64,000 nt of DNA from positions 15,004,001 to 15,068,000 of the forward strand of contig OZ024760.1 of assembly GCA_964016885.1 (NCBI GenBank). Direction: 5' to 3'. Within the stretch, counting starts at the first letter, position 1; every line of letters begins with the position of its first letter. The notes below the pieces were generated by a model, which saw only the letters and a program-made list of their open reading frames with translations, made no database searches and was not told where the DNA came from. The DNA comes from Eledone cirrhosa (Eukaryota). Made by a program: the position numbers and the translations under genes. Positions 31,852-45,400 of the stretch are shown here, piece by piece.

Positions 31852-33543
31852 TGGGTGAAAGCATCTTCCCACCATCTCTTTTCTATTTTTTCCGCTGTCG
31901 CTAATTCTGTCATATTTGTCGGTTCTACAAAACATTTTGAATTGTGCAGCAAATATTTTTTTTTCCGTTTCCTCATCTCTTCAAATACAATTTGTAAAAA
32001 TGTCTTCTCGAACAAAGATGGAAATAGTGAGAGGGGAGAGTAAGAATAGGAGGAAGGGAGAAATAAGTGAGAAAACGAAAGAGAAGGAAATGAGAGAGAG
32101 AGAGAAGTCTTTTGTTTCTCTTAAATGAGAATCGGAACTATTCTATTCAGACAACGGTTGATGTCCAATTTCCTTTCACAGAAATTTCTAATTGACGAAA
32201 AGACGCTGAGGACTTCTTTAACGTCGGTCAGTTTTAAGAAATGTCGGAAACTAACTTAAAACGAAATCAAATCAAACAAATCAAAATGCACAAAAGCAGA
32301 CGGTCAAAATAAAATCTCTTCTGCTGCTGCCTTTTCAACTAGATTTTTCTACTAAAGACCGTTTACTCTCCAACAAGTTTTATCACTGCATCTGTTTACA
32401 CGTTCTCCACCGGAAATGAATCGTTTCTCACCTTTTCTTTATACAAAATGGCTTCCCGAATGAATATCGCAGACAATCATTATCATTTCTATCTTGTCTC
32501 CTCATTCTCTTTATTTCCTTCTCTTTCGCTCTATCTGCTTCTTCCTCCTCCTTATCTTATTCTCTTACTTCATCTTGTTCTCCCTTTTTTCCCCTTCTTT
32601 AATCTCTGCTTTTCTCCCTCGTCTGCTTTACCTTCGCCATCTTCGTTTTTGTTTTATTCTTTAGATTATTTTTCCTTTCTTATTCTTAACATATATTCTT
32701 TCTTTGGTTTCTTCTTTCTTTTTCTGTTCTTCCTACTTCATCTTTATTTTTCTTTCGTCTTTTCTCCACCCCGCACCATCATCTATATATTTTCTCGATT
32801 TTTTTTCCTACATTATCTTTAGTTTTCTTCTCATTCGTCCATCTTTAAATTTGTTCATCTTCAGTGTTGTCTTATTTTTTCAGTCTTTTCTTCATTCTCT
32901 CGCCTTCTTCAGTCTTCACCTCCCACCACCGTCAACACCACCACCAATACATTATATCACTAATGACACCCCACCACCACCACCACATTATATTAGATGT
33001 CACACCACCACCGTTCCCACCCCCACTACATTATATCACTGACGTCACCTCACCACCACACTCGTTTTCATTCTCTTTCATTCACCAATATAGTGTTTTT
33101 TTCAACTATATTCTTTCTGTCTCTCATTGTTTTACATCTTCCTTGTAGTCCGTCTTTCCTTTATCATTTCTTCCTCACCCTCTCTCCATAGATATATCTC
33201 TAAACATCAATACAACACAGTTACACCTACACAAGCACAGCCACCTTGTGATATCACATTACATGATAACATGATATCACTTTGCACTGCAGCATCATTG
33301 GGTAAACACTCACTCACACACGATCTATGTGAGCGTGTATATATATATATATATATACACATACATATGCTTATAAATATATATCCATACATACATACAT
33401 ATATATACATACACACACATACATACATATATATACATACACACACATACATATATATACATACACACGTGTATATATATATATGTACTCATACACACAC
33501 ACGTGTGTGCATACATACACATGTGTGTATATATATATATATA

Positions 33544-33640
33544 CAGGGTGTGCCAAAAAAATGTATACACACTTTAACAGCATTCTAATAAATATTGCCT
33601 GTACTGGTGATCAAAGTGTGTATACATTTTTGGGGGACAC

Positions 33641-33643
<3 letters not shown>
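33544..33643. mobile_element. Tc1/mariner-type MITE (100 bp)
   Basis: TIRs CAGGGTGTGCCAAAAAAATGTATACACAC / GTGTGTATACATTTTTGGGGGACACCTG; partial second copy at about 53845-53905. Confidence 0.75.
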
Positions 33644-33676
<33 letters not shown>

Positions 33677-33679
33677 TAG

Positions 33680-34110
33680 TCCCTTTTTCCATGTATACAT
33701 GTGTTTGATAGATCTTTTTCCAGCAATTTCCCCTCCACTCTTTGCTGCAGCAATTTGAGGTCAGCTCTTACCACCTCAGCCCAGGCCTTCCTGTACTGCA
33801 GCTTCCTTCCACTGAGAGCTTCTAGCTCTTCTTCACTCAATGATCAACATTCATATGCCATCACATGTCCATACCAGGGCAGTCTTCTCTCCTGTACATT
33901 GCATCAGGTTCCCCTTATACAAGGTTTTCTTTAATTTTTTCCTCAAGTGTGTCATTGATACACATTAACATTGCACATCCATCGAATCACGCTCACTTCA
34001 TTTCTCTCCAGCCTTCACATTCACTGGCAATGTCTCACTACCATGCAGCATCTTCCTCAAATCATAGCCTGCTGCTTGCACAAAAACGACACTTTGGAGC
34101 AGCATGAAAT
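33680..34110 (-). mobile_element. RTE-type LINE 3' remnant
   Basis: Minus strand resembles the decayed RRLxWYGHV region and the CCATG..tail shared with 45430-45770. Confidence 0.6.
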
Positions 34111-34444
34111 AATAAAGTGTCTTAAGAACATAATGTGCTGCTAAGAATCTAACTCACGACCATACAGTTGTGAGCTGAACACCCTCACCATTAAGTTATA
34201 TGCCATCACTGGAGAGAACAACAGCTTATAGCTATTTATAATACTCACAGACCAAGTCGTCAACTGGTTTATCTTATTTGCTTTATAGTGCAAGCACGGG
34301 CAATGTGAATTAATTAATATATGGTGATAAGTTAATGATAAATGTAAGGTAAACTTGTGACTGTTTGTAGTAAAATCATATTCAATATATTTTAGCCTTG
34401 CTGTGAACAGTGGATAATGCTTGCATTATTATGCAAATTAGAGG

Positions 34445-34625
34445 GCAGTAGATTGGCAGAGGATCGGACGCCATGCTTTGATGCATAGAGTTCCGGCCCT
34501 TTCCATTCTAGGTTCAAATCCCGCCAAGGTTAACTTTGCCTTTCATCCTTACAGGGTCAATAAAATAAAGTACCAGTAATACACTGGGTATTTGCTGACC
34601 TTGTGCCAAAAGTAGAAACAATTAT
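34445..34625 (+). mobile_element. SINE (Meta-domain-like)
   Basis: Same head, core and tail as 14950 and 40630. Confidence 0.8.
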
Positions 34626-34720
34626 GTAAATTAGATGTGCATATATTATAAAGTGACAAACAAAACAGAAATAGTGTTGGTGATAGTGAAAAATTTTAAT
34701 GAAATTTAGAGGATTGAAAG

Positions 34721-34757
<37 letters not shown>

Positions 34758-34778
34758 AGATATTTCTGTGTGTGAGTG

Positions 34779-34835
<57 letters not shown>

Positions 34836-35464
34836 CCATGAGAGAATGATTCTGTCATTACCATAACAGACAAGCTTTTGATTCCAGAGTCGGGCCAGAT
34901 CGAACTTTGAGCTGATCAACCATGGAGCACGTGTCACACCTCAATAAACGTAATGAAGATCTAACACTTCGTCCTTTTTATTATTATTATTATTATTAAT
35001 ATATATATATATATATATTTTTTTTTTTTTTCTTAGAAAATGAACAATTCTCAACTGCAGAAAGTAACCAACCACAGTTAATAAACAGGTTAAGCAATCG
35101 AGTAAAATACCCCCTTTAAACGGAAAAAAGTGGCCAGCAGTCTCTCAGCTGGAATCTGAGAGGCATGGAGTTTGATTATTCATAGCAACTGCAAGCCACT
35201 TTTTTTTTTCCAACTATAGGAGTATTTTACCCAATTTTTAAAGCTGTTTATCAACTGAGGTTGCAGTTATTCTGCTTGAGATTACTTTGTCTAATAAGTT
35301 AAATAAAGCCAACACGCCATTAATTTAACTTCAAAATATTATATATATATATATAAACACACATGCACACAAGTTGCAACCAATGAATACAGTTAGAAAG
35401 GACCTTAATGTAGTATCTTGTCTGCTAAATAAAGTAGCTAAATCTACCTCAAATGTCAGCCTAC

Positions 35465-35503
<39 letters not shown>

Positions 35504-35549
35504 TAGCAAGGAGAGAAAGTGAGAATTTTTAACTCAACCTTTTGATTTG

Positions 35550-35580
<31 letters not shown>

Positions 35581-36273
35581 TATGTACACCCATATACCGA
35601 TACATACACATGTGCGTATATATATATATATATATATATATAGATATATAAATATACATACACACACACAACCAGAATGTGCACACCATACCGTTAAATT
35701 ATTTATTGCTTTTTATTTATTTATTTAACGTAATTTATAGAATTGCTATATCTCTGGTGTGTGTTCTGGATTATCCTGAATAACTGAATGTATACATTTA
35801 TATATACACATACATTTATATACATACATACGTACATGCGTATATATATATAGAGAGAGAGATAGATAGACGTACACATATATATATGTATGTATTTATA
35901 ATTAGGTATGTATGTTTGTATAGAGAAATATATATATATACATACATGCACACGTACATATACATACATATGGACATATGCACATATACATACATATACA
36001 TATGCACATATACACATATACATACATATACATATATACATATATACACATGCACATATATTTACATATGCACATATACGTATACATACATATGCACTTA
36101 TATACATACACATGCATATATATATACACACATTTTTTAATCCTTAAAAAAATCTATTACCACAAAAAAACATGAAAATCAAATTATGAGAGAGGGGGGG
36201 GGATAGAAAGAGAATAATTTTCATTATTTTTTTTTAAATATGTATGTTTTGTTTTGTTTTATTTAAGTTTCTG

Positions 36274-36414
36274 TTATAATTCGTCTCTGTTTGTGGTTGC
36301 TGAAGGTGAGGGTTTGGGACAACTGGCAGGTGTGACAAAACTAAAGGCGTATTCACACCGACTGGGCTCTGAAGCACCCCGTAATTCACTCTCGATGCCA
36401 CAGTCAAAATGGAC
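36274..36414 (-). CDS. PRKCSH: PRKCSH exon 16 ([46 protein letters not shown])
   Basis: Poly-T/C tract plus CCACAG acceptor, EPSRCEY motif, RDEL then TAA. Confidence 0.96.
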   Translation of the reverse strand, partial: VHFDCGIESELRGASEPSRCEYAFSFVTPASCPKPSPSATTNRDEL

Positions 36415-39400
36415 CTGTGGGGGAAAAAAAAAAACAATTAACAATAATAACAATAATAACAAGACTAGGGGATGTCCAAGGAGGAAATAACAACAAGGAG
36501 GAAAAGCAACCTTCATAAAAAATCCCTTCATAGCACCTTCTTTAAGAAAACGGAATTCAGAGATCTACAGACATGGAACTGGTTTAAAAAAGGAGACCTT
36601 AAAAAAGCTACAGAAGGAATGCTAATGGCTGCGCAAGAGCAAGCCCTCAGAATGAAGTGGGTGAAATACCATATTGACAAGGTGGAGGCTAGCTCACTGT
36701 GTAGCATCTGTGGAGAGAGAGAGGAGACTGTGGCTCACATTGTATCCGAGTGTAAACACCTAGCCCAGACTCACTATAAAGGCTGGAGACATGATGTGAT
36801 AGGCAGGGTGATCCACTGGCATCTATGCAAAGTAAACAATTTACCACATTCGGAGAAGTGGTATGAGCATAAGCCAGAGTCGGTGATAGAAAACGATCAG
36901 GTGAAGGTGCTGTGGGATTTTAGGACACAGACAGACAAAAATTTAGAACACAATAGGCCTGACCTGGTGGTTTTGGATAAAGAAAAAAGACCGTGTCTGA
37001 TTGTAGATGTAGCCTGCCCATTTGACACGAGAGTGCAAGAAAAGGAGAGGGAGAAAATTAACCGATACCAGGATTTAAAGTGGGAGTAAAAAGGATTTGG
37101 AACTGCCATGAGATCAAGGTCGTTTTATTGTAAGGGTTCATATCGATACAGCAGCTAGAGAATCTAATAACTTTATTTTACATTAAAACAAACATTATAT
37201 ATGACAAGAAATAAGAGAACATTACAAGATTTCCCATATTTACCAATGTACACTATACAATAACCCCACCCCGCTGCTTAGAAGAATTTAAGCAGATGTC
37301 CAACTCCAACCCACCCCTCGCTTATTCCAGCATCCTCCCCATTAATTGGGACCCGAGAGTACATAGACACACACACATACGTTAATACATAATTACATCA
37401 ACAAACACGCACACATACGTCGATACATAACAAACACATGCACATACACTCACAAGTAAATAAGCACATGCATTTGATCACATGTATAGTTGCTTACACA
37501 TTGCACACACGCACAGCCAACCACGAAATAAATATAAATCAAGGGGAATAACTGATTCTTCTCTCTAGAGCTGAGGTGACCAAGACTGGAGTTAAACATC
37601 GACAGGACACTGTAGACAGAGGTCCTGGGTTCGATCTCACTGTGTGGTATCTCAGGCAAGCATTATTTATCATAGCCTTGAAGCTGAGCCAAACTTTGTG
37701 AGCGAAACTGGGTAGATGGAAACTGTTTGGAAGTCTGTTGGATATACAGAACTGTACCTGTAATTCAAAAAGCCAGCCTTGTCACATACTCTCATGCTGA
37801 ATCTCCCTGAGAATTATGTTAAGGGTACACGTGTCTGTGGAATTCTCAGCCACTTATACCATAACACACGATGGATTGTACCTGTAATTCAAAAAAAAGC
37901 CAGCCTTGTCATACACCGTGTCGTGCTGAATCTCCCTGAGAATTACGTTATGGTGTGTGCTGGGTGCTTTTTGCCGTGTCTCCTACACGACCACTTTACA
38001 GTGTGGACTGGGTGCTTTTTGCCGTGACACCTACACGACCACTTTACAGTGTGGGCTGGATGTTTTGTGGTACCAACATAGCTTTACAGAGTAATGTGTG
38101 GGCCGAAGTGGGAGGGAGGTGTAGGGGTGTGTATATTGGATTAAGAGGTGCCTACTGAGGGTAGGTTTAAGTTTGTATGCAAGGGAAGGGGGTCTTCTGT
38201 ATTACTGCATAGCACCAAAGATCTCGATCCTGTGACATTATCTTAGATAGGTGCAAGTGTACAAGGTCAGCTTTTATCACCTCGTCCCAGGTTTTTCTGG
38301 GTTTACCTACTCCATAACTTTCATCAATTTTGATCGCCCTGCACTTTTATACAACTGTCGTCCTTCATATGCATCACATGACCATACCAATGTAATCTCC
38401 TCTCTAGTAAACTGCATCTGATCCCTCTTATTCATAATTTCTCAGTTTGTTTAACCTTTGCCATTTGTGTATATTACTATTATACATCCATTGGGACCTG
38501 CATACTTGAACTCTTCATATAAACTAAAGGTGGGTCAAACGAACAAGAGACATACATGTACAAGGTGGGTCAAACGAACAAGAGACATACATGTACAAGG
38601 TGGGTCAAACGAACAAGAGACATACATGTACAAGGTGGGTCAAACGAACAAGAGACATACATGTACAAGGTGGGTCAAACGAACAAGAGACATACATGTA
38701 CAAGGTGGGTCAAACGAACAAGAGACATACATGTACAAGGTGGGTCAAACGAACAAGAGACATACATGTACAAGGTGGGTCAAACGAACAAGAGACATAC
38801 ATGTACAAGGTGGGTCAAACGAACAAGAGACATACATGTACAAGGAGGAACAGAAAATTCTTTACCTTAACTGACCGGTCTGGCCCATTCCAACAATTCT
38901 GTCCTTTGTCATATTTCTGGGCTTTATAGATATCAGGTGTGGCACCATCCCAATGACCCCAATGGCTGCAAGACAAAACAGAGAAGAGAAGAATTGAAAA
39001 ATTATCGAAATTGTTAAAACCTGAAACTCTCGAAACACAATTTGGTAAAGTTTCTGCTTTAAAGAACTCAATACAATGAAGAAGATATTTTAAATCGACT
39101 TTTTTTCTTCCATGTTGGCATGGGTTGGATGGGACTTTTTGAGGCAATGTTTTACAGCTTCAGAAATATATACACATATACACCCAGTTTACAGAAATAT
39201 ATACACATATATACACACACACTAGAGAAGTATACATACACATATATACACCTGCTTACCCTACATAAATATATACATATATACATTCACTTACCATACA
39301 TAAATATATACATATATACACTCACTCACCCTACAGAAATATATACATATATACACTCACCTTTCAGAAATATATACACTCACATACCCTACAAAAATAT

Positions 39401-42400
39401 ACATACACACACACATAGAAAACACTTACCCTACAGAAGTATACATGCAACACACATATATATATGTAGAAGTTCTATTTAAATTGTTGGGATACAACAA
39501 GCAAATATTTTTATAACTGATATAAAGCACTCAACAAATTATTGGAGTAAAAATACGATATTAACAAATGGAAACTATATTTATAAAACCATATTTATTT
39601 CATACATATTTCAAGGACACCAAGTTAAATTATGGTGTACTTTCATCAGATAAAATATAATATAGATCAGTTTTATAAATAAATATTGACATACCCTTAA
39701 AGAATGCGACCATTTCTGTTGGAAGCTCCCGGATAGTGGGGTTATAAATTTATTTATACTATTATGCAAATTAGTGTCGGATATGTTTAAATCACAGTAG
39801 ATTTAAAATAAGCCGTTGGGGTATGGAGAGAGGGAAAGAGAAAAAAGAAAAAAGCAGCTTTAAGAGGAGAAAAAGAGAAAGAGAAGAAATATATATATAT
39901 ACACAACACTTACCCTAAACTGGTTTCTATTCCCCCAGATTTACTTCGCTGAGAAGCCCGATCGAAGGGACAAAATAAATATGTGTATTCTCTGTCTGTA
40001 TATTCAAAACATTTGCCATATAAGGCATAGAATTCGTTATCTGGACCTAAATCTAGATCAAGTACTTTCTTCACATCACTGAAAAGAGAATAGAAAATAA
40101 AATACAGTTAACCCTTTAGCATTTAAACCAGCCGTATCCAGCCAAAATTCTCTCACTTCTTTCTGTTTAAACCAGCCATAACCGGCCAGAATTCTCTCAC
40201 CTCTTTCTGTTCAAACCGGTTGTAACCGGCCACTCATACTGATGTTAAGGTATTGTTCTCAAAATAAATAACACCAAAATCTCATATATTCAATATTATG
40301 TGAGATAATTATGTGAGGTAAAGCCTTTATTCTATATTTATTATTGTATTTTTGCAGTAATATAAAAGCTAAAGGGTTAAACAATAGACTTACCTGATAT
40401 CTTTCTCAATTTCTCTGACTTTTTTATCAGCCTCTTGATATTTTGATCTGGCAACATCTGCAGCTGTAAAAACAAAAAAGAGGAGATTCCAAGTCTTTCC
40501 AAGTAAAACCAACAATAAATGCTGAAAGTTTATTCCAAGCCTAGATTGCCACCCAGAAAATTAGGGATATCATTTTATGTTCGGTTTTTTTTTCCCCCTT
40601 ATTTTTTCCAATGGCATTAATGTCTCGGGTGGTGGATTGGCAGTATCGGTAGAGGGTCCGACGCCATGCTTTGCAGCATAGAGTTACGGCCCTTTCCATT
40701 CTGAGTTCAAATCCCGCAGAGGTCAAATTTGCCTTTCATCCTTACAGGGGTCGATAAAATAAAGTACCAGTAATACACTGGGATAATTGCTGGCCTTGTG
40801 CCAAAAGTAGAAACAATATGTCTAGTCTCGGAGGACCTGTGAAGGCTATAGAAACTGACCCTTCCTCCATTTAACCCAACCCCTAGTCCTCCCTACCCAG
40901 AATGTTATCCCTCTGAAATCCCTTCCTGATTCACTCATCACCCATGTTATGTTATCTTCTTGCTTAGCTACAAACTAACCATTATAACCAATCTTCCCTA
41001 CCCAGAATATGATCCTTCTGGAATCCCTTCCCCGATTCACTCATCACCCATACAACACACCTCATACAACACACCTCACCTCATACACCACACACCTCAC
41101 ACACCACACACCTCACACACCACACACCTCACACACCACACACCTCACACACCTCACACCCCACACACCTCACACCCCACACACCTCACACCCCACACAC
41201 CTCGCACCCCACACACCTCACACCCCACACACCTCACACCCCACACACAACACACCTCATACACAACACACCTCATACACAACACACCTCATACACAACA
41301 CACCTCATACACAACACACCTCATACACAACACACCTCATACACCACACACCTCATACACCACACCTCACACACAACACACCTCACACACAACACACCTC
41401 ACACACAACACACCTCATACACAACACACCTCATACACAACACACCTCATACACAACACACCTCATACACAACACACCTCATACACAACACACCTCATAC
41501 ACAACACACCTCATACACCACACCTCATACACCACACCTCATACAACACACCTCACACACAACTAACCTTCTATCAAAGCTTTTGTTGCCTGGTCATATT
41601 CTGGCATCTGAGGTTCAGAAACCTTGTCTTTGTCGTCTTTCTTCTTGTCTGGCTCATCAGCTGAAGGAGCCTACAACAACATCAACAACAACAACAACAT
41701 CAGCAACAATAACAGCACTGTCCTGTTATTAACTCTTTTGATACCAACCACAGCCAAAACCCTGCTCTGCTTCTATGAAACAACGAACCATATAAAATGA
41801 GAACCACATGAAAAGTGGTCGTGTAGGTGACACGACAATAAGCACCCAGCCCACTGTAGAGTGGTTGTGTAAGTGACATGACAATAAGCACCCAACCCAC
41901 ACTAAAGTGGTCATGTAGGTGACATGACAATAAGCACCCAGCCCACACTACAGTGGTCATGTAGGTGACATGAAAATAAGGACCCAGCCCACACTGTAAG
42001 GTGGTCATGTAGGTGACATGACAATAAGCACCCAGCCCACACACTAAGGTGGTCATGTAGGTGACATGACAATAAGCACCCAGCCCACACTGTAAGGTGG
42101 TCATGTAGGTGACATGACAATAAGCACCCAGTCAACACTGTAAAGAGGTTGTGTAGGTGACATGACAATAAGCACCCAGCCCGTGGTTGGTGTTAGGAAG
42201 GGCATCCAGCCATAGAAACCTAGCCAGAAACAGTTCAATATAAATAAGACAGTCACCTGACCCAACTTACCTCAAATGGGACCTGTCTAACCCATGCTAG
42301 CGTGGAAAATGGACATTAAACGGTGATGATGATGACGACGATATATTAATTTACTACCTTAGTAATGAAATAATCAGTACTTTTAATAAATCCCTTAAGA

Positions 42401-45400
42401 TCCTTCGAAAAAAAAAGATAGGATGGTCATAGCTGGATTGTATCAGATCATAGGTCTGCTCAGTGAGGTTTGATCTGAGAACTAAAAAGATGATGATGAC
42501 GATGATAATGGGGGTGAATAGTGGAAAGCAAGGGCTACTGTATTCGTTTGCACTCAGTTAATTGTAAAAGTGATGGAGGCATGTGGAGGAGGAAATTGGA
42601 AAATAAGACTAGCAGTATTTCCACCCAATGATAGAGGAATTGAAAGGCAAGGTGTAACTATATTTCCACCCATCGATAGAAGTGTGTAGTGGGGGCAATG
42701 AAAGACAAGGGTAGCTGTATTATTTTCCACAGTGCTGGAGGTGTATAGTATTTCCACATTATTTTTCACAACAATGAAGTGTGTAGTGGAGGAATTTGAA
42801 AGACGAGATTGGCACAATTTCCACACTGGTAGAAGTGTGTAGTGGAGGAATTGAAAGACCTGATTGGCTATATTTCCACACAGTTATTGAGGTGTGTAGT
42901 GGAGGAATTTGAAAGGCGAGGGTAGCGATATTTTTTTTCTACCTAGCAATTGAATGGAGTGTTGGAGGAACTAGAAGACAAGGCTGCTGTATTATTTTCC
43001 ACCTAATGATGGAGGAATCGAGAAGCCAAGTCTGGCTGTATTTCCACCCAGTGATGGAGGAATTGGGAAGCCAAGTCTGGCTGTATTTCCACCCAGTGAT
43101 GGAGGAATTGGGAAGCCAAGTCTGGCTGTATTTCCACCCAGTGATGGAGGAACTAGAAGACAAAAATGGGTGTATTATTTTCTACTTAGTAATGGAGTGG
43201 AATGATGGAAGAATTGGAGAGCCAGGTCAGCTCTTTTTCCATGCAATGACAGAGGAATGATATCGCTAGATCTGGCTGTAATTCCACCCAGTGATGGAGA
43301 GATTAGAAGGCAAGAGTTGGCTATATTTCCACCTAGAGATGAAGGGATTGCAAGGCAAGGTTTGGATATATTTTCCAGCCAGCTAGCCATTTGTAAAAAA
43401 CTACTTACAACTGAGTCTTCAAGATCAAGATCATAATCAGGATCAGATTTCTCATCTTCATAGTCGTCGTCATCATCATATAGGTCCCCAAAATGGGTAT
43501 CAGGGATAGTAGGGGCCTACAAAGGTTGGGGGGAGCCATTAGAAAGTTGGTTATTAAAAACGTTAAAACATAAATGGAAAAAAAAAATTTACAAAAAAAA
43601 AAAAGCAAACTATATTTTGTATGAATTATCAAATCAGTGGGAATGTTTGAAATTTGAAAATGTGAGAGTCCTAAACGCAGAAAATAATTGTATTAACAGT
43701 GTACATGATAGTTGAGAAAATTTGGTATATCAACCTTAGCGACAAAAAGTGGGGGGACAGAGGTGCTGCAGTCCACTTTTTCTTTTCCATTTTTAGGGGT
43801 TAATTTCCTTATTTTTCTCAACTAGTATCTGTTTGTTGATATTATCATTGATCTACTTCAAGGTTTCCAAACTTTTTCAAATATGGAACCTTTTTTGGAT
43901 CAGAAACTTTTGGGGTCATAATATAAATATACTCCTCTCCCTTTTTTTCATGGAACCCCAGATACTCCTTTGCAGAATCCTTAGGTTTCGCAAAACCCAC
44001 TTTAGGAGCCACAGGTCTACTGGCTCATACTCTTACCCATTCCAACCATCTGACTGAGGCCATGCTGGGGCATCGCTCTTAGATTTTTATAAAGGTGAAG
44101 AAAACTGACAAGGTTGAGCAACTACTTAGAGCCCCCCCCCCCCCCCCCCCCGGTTGGCGTGGGGGTGGTAAACTTGTTTAACCCCAGGCAATTCTAAAGG
44201 GACAGACCTATGATCAAAAGCATCCCAGATATGACAGTATCCGGTTTCTTTTTTTTTTTGTTTTACAAATAAATCTATATTTTGTTTATGGATATTATTA
44301 AAAGGTGGAGCCACTGGTGATGGTGGCAGGTGGTGGATGAATTAATTGATGGCAATGGTACAATGGTTGATGGAGGATGAAACCGATGGTGTATGTAATA
44401 GTTGTGGTTGTGTCAAGGCAGATGATGACAAACAAACTCAAAGAAAAAAATTAAAAGGTCCCACATTTTACCAAAACATCCACCTATAAAGAAAATTATA
44501 AACCAAACACTTGATTCAAAACCTTATACAAAACAAGTGCTTTAACCCTTTAAACCAGTCATATCAGGTCAAAATTCTCTCACCTCTTTCTGTTCAAACT
44601 GATGTTAAGGTATTGTTCTCAAGATAAACAATATCAAAATCTCAGATTCAATATTATATGCGATAATTAAACACTTTAACATAAACAGTTTTGTATCATA
44701 GAATCAGGGACAGTTTCAAGCAGCTTGGTTTGAAAAGGAATAAACCGATGTTTGGAACATAACTTAACATAGGTTTGGTATCAACAGGGTTAAAAAATAA
44801 AAGGATGAATAAGCAAGCTGTGCATCTGGTTCATTTTTAGTATATATATTTTTTTCTTTTGTATACAAACTAACTGCATAACGCAGGTGCATGGCTTAGG
44901 GAAGAAATGGGTGCATGGCTTATGAAAGAAACAGGTGCTATTTTAAGTTAGCCTACCTGAATTTGTCCATCATCAGCATTATCATCAGATGCCAAATCTT
45001 CATCATCATCAGAATCCTCATCTCCATCTTCATCAGCACCATCCTCATCATCTTGGGGTGCTGTTGTTGGAGGTGATGGTGGTGTGGGTAGTGTTGTTTC
45101 CTCTGATGTCGGCGCTGTTGTTTCCTCTTCAGGAGGGGTCACTTCTTCCTCAACAAGTTTACTGGGCTTACGATAAATCTCCTTAATGTTGGGCCACATT
45201 TTCTCGACAAAGTGCTCGTAGCTTGCCTCAGTAACTTCTTCCATGTATTCCTAGACAGACAGAAAAATTAAAAAAAAAGGGTTAATCCTATTACTTGGTC
45301 CAAATATACAACTGCTACATCACAACCCTAACCCACATTGCTCCAGTTTACTCAGCTGTAGAAATGAGTTGTGATGTCACTGGTGCCAACTTGTATCAGC

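Noticed and set aside
38528-38845. 35-bp repeat resembling a CRISPR repeat length
   Set aside because: Units are contiguous with no spacers, there are no cas genes, and it lies in a eukaryotic intron
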